A stretch of 61,948 bases of DNA, filler included, from Dimargaris cristalligena (Eukaryota): assembly GCA_003614675.1 (NCBI GenBank). It is 2 parts of 2 records of this genome, joined end to end, with 100 filler letters (N's around TTAATTAATTAA, not from the genome) between each part and the next. Parts side by side here need not be neighbours in the genome. Positions count along the whole stretch, not along the records: positions 1 to 30,936 come from ML002448.1; positions 31,037 to 61,948 come from ML002449.1. One strand, given 5' to 3'. Made by a program: the position numbers and the translations under genes. Within the stretch, counting starts at the first letter, position 1; every line of letters starts with the position of its first letter. Under the pieces are notes generated by a model. That model was given only the letters and a program-made list of their open reading frames with translations, had not been told where the DNA came from and searched no databases. Below are positions 25,532 to 35,148 of this stretch, piece after piece.

Positions 25532-25914
25532 TTCGGATTTACACCAAAGTTGTATTTGTATTTGTATATGTGTATATGTGGCCGAGTCGTATTTATAATT
25601 TATAATTTATAATCCCAAAAAACCAAAAATCCAAGGCTTTAGTGTGCCTCCTGCTCTTTTAATATGTGTAATCTAGCCTAATATAACCCTAAGTCTCATT
25701 ACTTATTGCCAGTAAAATAATACCAATTTTCGCTCAACAGTAGGTAAACTAGAGGGGTATGTAAGGATAAAAGGTAGCCGCTCTGGTATAATAAAAGTGG
25801 ATAAAGAAACCTGCGGGGGGCTCAAAGTCGGTTCCCTGTTTCCCCGGCACTCTTTCTTTATTGTCCCGGTTTATAGCAACTCTCCTATACCTATTAGCTT
25901 ATTACTTTATCGCC

Positions 25915-27605
25915 ATGAACATCCCGTCGGAGAAACGCATTCCATTGGCGTCCGAGTACAAAGATCTCGCCTTCATGTACATTCCGAGTCGAGACGGACA
26001 TGACCAAAACCTGCTCATCGCTCTCCACGGCCTAGGTGAGTAACTTTGCACTAGTGCCCCGTTTGTCTCGTGCATCGTCTAACTCAACCGTGAATCCCTG
26101 AACTGGCATGGGGTTAGGCTGAATGCCATGTCCTCTCCCGTTTTGGCTGATTGGCTCGGGGGAAACGGCGTACTTCTATCGATTCGGTCAGAATGAAACC
26201 TGGCAGTCGCTACCACAGTCGTACTTACCAGCGACCATACGGCGCTCCGCCTCTGCTCGTCCTCTATTTAAATTCGGCCTAAATACACACACACTATAGG
26301 AGATACCCCCCGTAATTTTGGACGGGCCTTCAAAACCTACCAGCTGCCCCAGACCGCTGTCCTGGCGGTCAAAGGCCCTTCGCCTATCCCCTATTTCCCC
26401 GAAGGCACCGGGTGGTACCCTTCGTTCGACCTCAGCGGCAATCGTAAGTTTTTGATATATATTTACACGTATACAACCTCGATTACCTTTAATAAAACCA
26501 TACCGGTGTCGACGTATGAATACCCTAACTGTGGTTAAGTCAGGCGGTGTCCGTATTGATCGACAGTACACCCCCTAACCGTTCGATAACACCTGCATTT
26601 TTTTAAATAATAATAATATATTTTTATATGTTTACCTTCCTATAATTCTGAACTCCAGTCATTCCAAGCAGCAGTCCTGATTATAAACGGGGGCTTCTAG
26701 ATACGCGTCAACGCTTGGTCCGTCTGATTTGCTATCTTATTTATGACAAGGGCTGGTCTCCCCGAGAAATCTTCCTATTTGGTTTCGCCCAAGGAGGCAC
26801 TGTAGCCTTGGATTTGGTTCTTTTCGGAACCTGGAACCCTACACTAACAGCTACCGCTGAATCCACTAAAAAAGGCCATCCTGTCCATGGGTCCCCTGGG
26901 AGTTCTCTGGGTGGATTGATTTCCGTTAGTGGCGCGGGCCTATCCCGGGAAGCCATTACGGCCTGCCAAAAGCAGTCAAGTGGAAACCTGTCCTTCGTAG
27001 TTGACCCCACTGCCCGGGATGTCCCGATACTATGGACACACGGTGAGAATGACCCCGAACTGGAACCTAAAGTGGCGACGGAGCAGGTAGGTGCTGTAAT
27101 GAAGTGCAGTGTTCATATAGGCTCCCTTTAGATATTATGGTGCAGTACCAATCACAACGAGTCCATCCCACCCAGGCCGCGCCAGTTTTGGCTATCTCAT
27201 TATTAATGCCGTTCCCCTATTCTTATTTTTTTATTCTAAAGGCGTTATTTATGAGAAAAACCCTCAGGCTGCGTAAATTAACAACACTGAAGATTCCCAA
27301 AAAGGAACAAGCCATGCCCCAATCTGATGTAAGCACCCCTCCACGAGCACACGCCGGTTCACACTGATTATCGTATATATATGTTTAAGGCGCTGCATAT
27401 CCCTAAATGGTCGTGTAGTCACCAAATTAATGGGTCCATATTTTGCCACTTCTGTTTTATTGCCGCATTCTATCAGATGGAACTTCGAACAATACTCGAA
27501 TTTTTAGCCCAACACCTGATGTTACGCGATTTAGGACTTGCTAGAGACCCCGCGGTTATAGAAATCAATGATCAAGTTGCGTCTTTAGAGCGGATTAACC
27601 CGTGA
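25915..27605 (+). CDS. Phospholipase/carboxylesterase-family alpha/beta hydrolase (Abhydrolase_2-like), probably catalytically inactive; 5 exons
   Basis: Exons 25915-26035, 26300-26443, 26659-27086, 27242-27328 and 27477-27605 splice in frame. Motifs LLIALHGLGD, LPQTAVLAVKGP, IFLFGFAQGG, LGGLISVSG, PILWTHGEND. Confidence 0.85.
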
Positions 27606-28273
27606 AACTGTAGACTAAATATTTCAAGTAAATAGATTAAATTATAATTATTATAATGAAATGGGTCTACCTCCAAAAAGAAGGCCGTATGGCCCTAACT
27701 ATCCCAAAGGAGACTCTTACCTTACTACTAAATCGGCTGGTTGGAGACTACATTTACCCAATTCCATGGGATATATAGCATTGCCTGATAAACAACCACT
27801 CATTCATCCTCAAAGTTGATTTCGACTGATCAATAACTCCCTTGTAATATCTGTACACATATTCCCGGGTTTTGGGATCTCGTATACTTTGGCATAATTC
27901 GGAACAGCTAGTAGTAAGCTATGGCATGTCAGTTCAATCATCCCCATGTATCTTCTTTCTACGCTTTATCCCATTTACCCCGTATTCCTGGCAACCATCA
28001 TTTTGAATTGTCACTAGGATTTGGAATAAAATTGGGAGACATTGGTTCCTTTTCCGGGCGTCGTGGCACCGGAGGGGTTTTATGTCACTGACAGAGATAG
28101 TGATATTGGTCGGATGAGATAGAACATCGGAGCGAATGTACATAATGGCAACTAAAACAGTCGATAGAATTGGTAAAAAAGGGGATAATTATGACGGGGG
28201 GGTTTTTTTTTCAAATGAAACATTTATTTAATAGGCAATTTTTTCGGTAGAATGATTGCTCGTCAATATGGAC

Positions 28274-28419
28274 CATATGAGAGAAGTTCATTCAGGCTGT
28301 ATAACGAAAAATCCATTGGGTGAGACCAATATTACTGGTTAAAAGCTATTCTTACATATATTCACTCAAGCACGTATTATGTAAAACCTTATACAGCTGG
28401 TTTGAATTTCACTCATATG
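28274..28419 (-). mobile_element. MITE-like element, copy 2 (146 bp, reverse orientation)
   Basis: CATATGAGAGAAGTTCATTCAGGCTGTATAA...TTATACAGCTGGTTTGAATTTCACTCATATG; homologous to 1833-1965. Confidence 0.8.
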
Positions 28420-30331
28420 TAACATGCGTAGAAATAGGGTATTGATAGGGAAATCCAGCCGGAAAGAGCCTCCCAGAACTAGGGGGAGGCGGGAGCACTT
28501 GAGTTTGATAAGAACTGGAGGAGATAAATCCTCCCGTTTTGCGGGTTGTTACACTGGCCCTACTATTGGACGAGGTAGCCGGTCTAGGATTATAAAGATG
28601 TAAAAGGAATGGAAATTGATGAACAGAGCACAGCCGCCTTCTTCGAAGAGGGGACTCCTTGAACAAGGGCTGTAAAGCCATCCTTTAAATATTTCAATTT
28701 TCATCCCATATCACTATTGTTGTATTGTAATGGGCCACTCGGCCAATAATAGTGCAAGTGTGTCGTATACTAGGATAGAGGGATTTCCCCCGTCGTTAGC
28801 TATCAAATCCAAGTGCTCCCGCCCCCCTGTTGCTCTGGGAGGCTCTTCCCTGTTTTATAATGTCCTATACAATAAACATCTATTCCCATATTTCGGAAGT
28901 TTACATTTCGCCCTATTGGCACGTAATAGTATGAATAGTATCATTTTACTCGAATAAAATCCTGCAGTTACTTTCAATATTTTATTATAAAAGTTGACAC
29001 ACCTTCATACCCCCATCCCACTTCACCAACTAGCGTTGAGATGTCTTTTTTAAAATATACTCTTGCCCAGGCATAGCTAATAGAACTCAGCATTGGACCC
29101 GGACCATAAACAAGGCGTCCATTAAATCGGAGGGTGTTTCCAAATTGATATCCGGGAAGATAAAAGGGATACGGAAACCTCCATGACCTTTGGTCAATAA
29201 TTGGGGTGCGAACATTCTATCGAACTCACACAACAACAGGCGAAAAGAGGGTGGGCGCACAAGCCTGCGGGATACAAGGGGTAACGAGCGAAAATATTAT
29301 ACCAGGGCATTCTAATATTAGAGCTGATGTCCAACCTATATTCCTTCCAAGAAGGCCCTTGGCCTCCTCTTAAGGCAAGACCCGGTCCAGACTGTATTCT
29401 TATTGGCGGCTCTCTCATGCAATAAGGCTATTTTACAGCCAGCTCGGGTGGCCCGCGTTCGCTACTTTTGCACCTCCCCTTCCGGCTTTTGGGGCAAATG
29501 CTCTCTAGTCTGCTACAGTTGATTTCCTTTAGTGAAGGAAATGGCACTGCCCAATTGTATCGGCGAACTAGGCCGTTGGGTCAAAATGGATAATTCCACG
29601 GACAATGTCCCATAGACCAGCTACAAAAAATGAGAAAAGTAGGGAAAAGCCCACCGAGATGGCTTTTGCTTTATCGCCAGGGTCGGATATACCTGGCATC
29701 ATTCACTTAAAAGCAATAGCATGGCGGCTAAGCCCCCCCATGGATTTGAAATGGGGCCCTTTGTTCTCGAAAGGGATGTTCTATTTTTAGTGTTGGGAAA
29801 GAAAGAGCGGGAGGCTGGCTATTCGTTCGAGACCCCCCCCCCTTCCCCACACATCAACAGACCAATAGCCACATAGTCCCGCGTTCGAATTGGGCTGAAT
29901 GGGGGGGGGGAACACAACACCTTCGGTGTCGACCAACTCGAACAGTGGCTCACCTTGTACGGACCACTCCCAGTGCAGAATAAGGTTACACCCTCCTTTT
30001 GCAAGGGGCGCACATCTATGCGGTACAAGTGTATCTTCATACATTTCTATACTTTTTTCTACTAGAACCACCCTCCTAATGGGCGTGAAGCAAAGGGATA
30101 CGCTGTCTTTCATTGGGTTGGTAATAGTGACAAGAGCCCTCATAGTAACCCGCCGACTGACGATATATAAATATCTTCGGTGCTGCCTAGAATAAGTCCC
30201 TTAGATCCTTCGATACCCCTACACATACACACACATACATACTTTCTCTCTCTCCTACAATCTTAGGATTTCCCAGCCACATTTCCACTTTTGGACTTAT
30301 TTTCGGACATTTTTCTATAAGTCCCCTATTG

Positions 30332-30565
30332 CTATTCCTTCATCCACTTCAAGTGTGCCAAATACCCCACCAACCCTTCCCAACTGCCATTCGTCCACCA
30401 TGAAAGTGTGTTGGTGCCGGGATCTTCCAATCCACCGCTAGGATTCAGATTGCCGGCTGGTGTGGTCTGCTCGGCCGCAGAATGATGAGGTGTGGTTGGT
30501 GGGGTACCCGGCCCGGACGAAGGTGGGACGCTAGGTCCTGAGGAACGGCTGGGGATACGCGACAT
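30332..30565 (-). CDS. Small orphan protein (77 aa; S/P/T-rich N-terminus, Trp-rich C-terminus)
   Basis: GC-rich ORF in AT-rich surroundings. ATG preceded by a C/A-rich leader (aaaacacttccttcaATG) and TATAAATA about 50 bp upstream. Confidence 0.5.
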   Translation of the reverse strand: MSRIPSRSSGPSVPPSSGPGTPPTTPHHSAAEQTTPAGNLNPSGGLEDPGTNTLSWWTNGSWEGLVGYLAHLKWMKE

Positions 30566-30936
30566 TGAAGGAAGTGTTTTGATGTATTTTGAGTGAAGAG
30601 AAATGTTATAGTTATTTATTTATAATCGTAGTGTTTTGTGAAAGAGATAGGAATTATGAACAATATTTGTTTTCCGATATTTCAGGAAGAGGGCTCCCCG
30701 AACTGTGATCGTAAAATAGGTCATTATAAATAATCCAGGATCTCATTATACATTTCAAAATATCGTCATAAATCCGTCATATTATACGGTCGTTTGCAAA
30801 AAATGAGTGTTACAAATTGGTACAAACTTCCCGAAAGGCGTTGTCACAGAGTGGTGGTGTCAGGCCACTAAAATGAACAATAAAAATATATCAAAAGGGC
30901 AGGGTGGCTTCTCCAGGCGAACTGGTTTGTCACGCC

Positions 30937-31036
30937 NNNNNNNNNNNNNNNNNNNNNNNNNNNNNNNNNNNNNNNNNNNNTTAATTAATTAANNNNNNNN
31001 NNNNNNNNNNNNNNNNNNNNNNNNNNNNNNNNNNNN
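30937..31036. other. Assembly gap / artificial contig linker (N44-TTAATTAATTAA-N44)
   Basis: Palindromic 12-mer with stops in all six frames, flanked symmetrically by N runs; total 100 bp. Confidence 0.95.
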
Positions 31037-31324
31037 GCCCCTCTGAACCGCCGTGACATTGGTGAGGACCAGTTCCTTGTCCGTCGTGCCAAGAAGAACA
31101 AGGGCAGCAAGTCCAAGAATGCGGAAATGGCTGCCCCTCTGAACCGCCGTGACATTGGTGAGGACCAGTTCCTTGTCCGTCGTGCAAAGAAAAACAAGGG
31201 CAGCAAGACCAAGAATGCGGAAACGGCCGCTCCTCTGAACCGCCGTGATATTGGTGAGGATCAGTTCCTTGTTCGCCGTTCAAAGAAAAACAAGAGCAAC
31301 AAGAAGGGCAAGTCGGCCGAATTA
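31037..31324 (+). repeat. 96-bp coding tandem repeat, at least 3 units
   Basis: Units start at 31037, 31133 and 31229 (GCC/GCT CCTCTGAACCGCCGTGAYATTGGTGAGGAYCAG...). The third unit diverges at its 3' end. Confidence 0.9.
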
Positions 31325-31345
31325 CCCCCGGCTCCTACCGCCTAG
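31037..31345 (+). CDS. 5'-truncated tandem-repeat peptide precursor (Kex2-processed repeat protein-like)
   Basis: Open frame from the gap edge to TAG at 31345. 32-aa unit APLNRR-DIGEDQFLVRR-AKKNKGSK(S/T)KNAE(M/T)A, with two RR sites per unit. Confidence 0.75.
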   Translation, partial: APLNRRDIGEDQFLVRRAKKNKGSKSKNAEMAAPLNRRDIGEDQFLVRRAKKNKGSKTKNAETAAPLNRRDIGEDQFLVRRSKKNKSNKKGKSAELPPAPTA

Positions 31346-33165
31346 TCCCTATTATCGACTGGTTCTCCATCATATATTGTATTTATTTAACAGGGCTAGT
31401 CGTCACATTTGCCGTGGACTATTGTCAGTGGTCCCATTCCTTTGGACAATCCATCGGGCATACTTAAATATCCATAAAGCCACCTCCCTGTGATGCCAAT
31501 GTAGCCCAATAAATTCCGTATATACACTCATATGCTAAACGAAAGACTTCATCAGCCCCCATTTACAAATGCTTTAAACACGAATGCCAAATTTTATTCA
31601 GTAATTAGAAACCCTTGTATGGACTGTGGAGCTATTCTTCAGAATGTATGAACTTGGGTCAATAGAAAACCTGGCGGATGGTTAATGTGAAGCATATTGG
31701 GCTAGATCTGGAGAATAGTATTGTCTACTTAACCCAAAAACCGCGATATACGTGCAGTTGTCGACCATGGGCCGCAATGGAGGTAATGTACATGTAATTT
31801 AAAACAATGTCGCCGATAGGCGGGCTTGTAGGGCCGCGGATATTGTCGAATAGGTTGTGGGCTGCACTGGAACATTTTTTGTCTATAGTGTAGGAAGAAC
31901 ATTTGCCCATGCATAGCCTAAACCCGTCGCTAGTTTTCAAAACATGCACATTATACCCTACCGGGCTAATGATATGGGCACTTTATAGTAATATATAAAA
32001 ATATTATATTAATCGAAAATTCGTTATTATATTATTGATCCGCCATATCAACTTTTAGTCAAAATGGTGGAAAGTAAACTATCCGCTTGGCCCAAAATTT
32101 AAGTCTTTGAAAGTTGCTTATTATCGTTTTGCTTTACCCTACGTTATTCCGATGATTATTGTATAAAGTCGGTAATATGTTCATATATATCTATAGTATC
32201 AATGTACTTAATGGTCCTTGCACTAGTATTTATATCAGCCAAATCTAATTATGGCGCTTGAATATAGAACTAGGTATGCCCCTCCTCATTTGGTTATACG
32301 TTATACTATCTATATACCCCTCAAACAGATAATTTAGCGGTACTGCCAAGTACAGAGATGAGTGGAGGAGTTAGGAGCCCTCGACCAGTTTATTTTAAAA
32401 GGCGGAAAGGGTTGAATTATTCTATGAATGGAACTCTCTATGACTGTGCAGTTTTCAATACAAAAATATATATGTTTAAAGCGGATATGTAATTTGTGCC
32501 AGTAGAATGAAGGTATGTATCATACTACTTCAAATAGGGGACGTTACAAATAGGTGGAATTCAGGATGTTTGTGCTAATTTTATGAAGGTCAGTCGACCA
32601 TACCTAAAAAAATGCGTCTAATGCGCCAATTTCCCTTATAACTTTGTTACTCCAGTCTTATCTTTTACCAGTCATGCTTTTGTGAATCGTGGACGGCTTA
32701 CCTTAAAGAGACCAGGAATCGGTAAAACTAATGCGACACACCAGTCCGATATCATCAGCGAATTATTCCTATATTACACACTCGGTATTCAACATGTATA
32801 TAATATTGGAATTTTACCATTTTTTTGGTTTTATTTCTACTATATTCGATAACGCGACGTTGTAATTCGACGTCGATACACGCATAAAGTCTAAATACCT
32901 TTGCCTAAAAGAGAATAGTTAGCCGGTGGGGTACGAAGTCTATACTGAGACTGAATCTAAAAATAATTTGTCTAATTATTAATGAGTAGATGGCTGGGCA
33001 TCAAGGCTCATACGAATGGAGGAGGTGGGGGTGGGAGTGGTGTGACAGTGAGTAGTATGAGGGAAAATGGCGGCGGGCGCATGGTGGCGGTCGTGCGGAT
33101 GCAAGAGTGAGGGATTGATGCGGATATAAAATGGGGTGGGGGAGTGGGAGTGGTACTGTACTAAT

Positions 33166-35148
33166 TTATGCAATAATTGTAGTGGTTTGGTCGTAGTAAC
33201 TAGACCGAGTTTCCCAAGCCGAGCGGTAAGGAACGGTAAAACCGAAGCCAAATCCGTTGACATTACAAGTCTCGACGAAATCGTGCAGACCATTCATAAG
33301 GGCCAAGTCGTTATGGCGGGCGCTGGATAAGCGCCCAGCGATGGTGGTGTCGAAGACCGGGCGTGAATGGCGGGTAAGTACGGGAATGGTTCTCGGGGCA
33401 GCTGGTGCTTCCTGCTGACCGCGCAACACAAACCATTCCATCACACGGTTGCTGAGGCTTGGTTTGCGGGCACTGGTGGTGCTAATTATTCCAATCGGGG
33501 GAGCCACGGGGAGCGCGTTAATGTTGGTGGATCTTACCAATAAACTGTCAACTTTCACTGGTGTGCTTCTGGTGGTGGAGGCTGACCATGAGTTTGGCAG
33601 AGACTGGATTGAGGCATTAGACATGGTGGATTGAGAGGCGACCGATGCACTGATTCCTGTATCGAGGGAATGGCAGCGGGTCAGGCTGACGTCCTTGATG
33701 CGGTGATGGCGAAGGGAATCCTGGAGAGACTCAAGGCTCACTAGACTACGCGAAGAGTTGAAGATGGGGATCGGTGATTTGCGGTTCAGATAAGCCGGAG
33801 ACTGACAGCAGATGGTATGGTCGGAGGTAATGGAACTGATGGGTGACAGTTGACCGCGGAGATTTTGCGAGCGGGGCGATGCAATGATGTCGTCGCATAG
33901 CAGAAGACCATGTCGGATAGCCTGTTCGCGGGCCCGTTGCTTTTCGTATACGTCGGCTCGATATGAGGCCAGCACGGCATACGGGGTGGGGCTGGTAAAA
34001 AAGGCCAGGGCGTGAAGCAGCCCCTGGCAACAGAGAATGACCCCACTCGACCAAATCAAATCAGGGGACGAACGGCCAGAGTACGCTAAAAGGTCGTTCG
34101 ATATAAACGGCAAGTAACAAATTGCCAGGGATATGGCATAGAAGGTTACTGATAAAACAGCACGGAAGATTGTGCGACGGGGGACAAAGTCAACTGTGGC
34201 CAGCGGGAAGGGGCTAAGCGGGGACAGCAGTCCATTTAGTACCGACTGTCGGGCTTGGTAACGTATACAGAACTTATAGCTATAGTCGCGGTACCGATCA
34301 AACGAATTAGCGGCCGAGCATAGGGACGGACTGGGAAGCACGTTGGACGGCTCGGTCACAGTTTGGCGGAGAGAGGTGACTTGGCGGGATTGATAACGAA
34401 GGAGGAACTGTATGGCCCAGCCCAAGGCGTAAGCGGCGAAGAGGACCCCAAACAGGATCCAGATTCCCAGAAAAGACCAATAAAGTGCCGATGCCAAGGT
34501 GATTTCATGATCGGTGAATAAAACAATACTGGCGGAGGGCCCGGCGACGGATGTGGCACCGGCCAGGTATAAAATTACCGGGACTAAGCTGAACAAGGCG
34601 GCCAATCCAACGGACCCGACTAAACAGCCACGCTCAAACTGCTTATTAAGGCGCAGTAATTTATTTGCGGCGTCCAGGTGCACATTCACCAAATTCAGTT
34701 CATAGTGGGACTGGACGATAAACGCAATGATGGCGAAGATTGAGGCCAACGTAGCAAAATGGGTACCCCAGGCGATGAAGAGAGTAGCACCGCGGGTGGA
34801 TTGATTTAAAACTTCCGATTCCGACGCTCCAAACGCATGAAATGCGGGTTGCAAGCCGAGGACGTTAATGGATGACTCCAGTGGATTGATGCCGGAGGGA
34901 ATACCAGCAGCGGTAGGGAGAGGAGCGGGCAGCACGGCGGTATTTAGCAGTTGAAAAACGGCGAGAATAACATCCGTGATGGCAATTAAGATAGCAAACC
35001 GAAAGGAGGCATGGTTGACTTGGCGGTACTTCCAGTTGAGGAGGAAGACGCCCAAGCCGACAATGCCGAGGGAAGCAAGCACGGAGAGGCTGCTGAGAAT
35101 CCTAGTGACGCTGATATACAGGCCGAATTGGGCGACTGCAGCTGGCAT
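33166..35148 (-). CDS. Seven-transmembrane GPCR-like protein (Git3/cAMP-receptor-like) with long Ser-rich C-tail
   Basis: 660-aa intronless ORF with seven hydrophobic segments (SLSVLASLGIV; SFRFAILIAITD; WGTHFATLASIF; GLAALFSLVPV; WSFLGIWILFG; FYAISLAICYLP; CQGLLHALAFF). FR...IA..D in TM2 and QG...AL.F in TM7 are typical of this fungal class. Confidence 0.75.
   Translation of the reverse strand: MPAAVAQFGLYISVTRILSSLSVLASLGIVGLGVFLLNWKYRQVNHASFRFAILIAITDVILAVFQLLNTAVLPAPLPTAAGIPSGINPLESSINVLGLQPAFHAFGASESEVLNQSTRGATLFIAWGTHFATLASIFAIIAFIVQSHYELNLVNVHLDAANKLLRLNKQFERGCLVGSVGLAALFSLVPVILYLAGATSVAGPSASIVLFTDHEITLASALYWSFLGIWILFGVLFAAYALGWAIQFLLRYQSRQVTSLRQTVTEPSNVLPSPSLCSAANSFDRYRDYSYKFCIRYQARQSVLNGLLSPLSPFPLATVDFVPRRTIFRAVLSVTFYAISLAICYLPFISNDLLAYSGRSSPDLIWSSGVILCCQGLLHALAFFTSPTPYAVLASYRADVYEKQRAREQAIRHGLLLCDDIIASPRSQNLRGQLSPISSITSDHTICCQSPAYLNRKSPIPIFNSSRSLVSLESLQDSLRHHRIKDVSLTRCHSLDTGISASVASQSTMSNASIQSLPNSWSASTTRSTPVKVDSLLVRSTNINALPVAPPIGIISTTSARKPSLSNRVMEWFVLRGQQEAPAAPRTIPVLTRHSRPVFDTTIAGRLSSARHNDLALMNGLHDFVETCNVNGFGFGFTVPYRSAWETRSSYYDQTTTIIA

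Noticed and set aside
30873-30936. ATG-initiated frame running into the gap as the N-terminus of the repeat precursor
   Set aside because: MNNKNISKGQGGFSRR is not a signal peptide, and the gap is an artificial join.
31037-31324. CRISPR-like array
   Set aside because: Units are contiguous 96-bp coding repeats without unique spacers, in a eukaryotic context.
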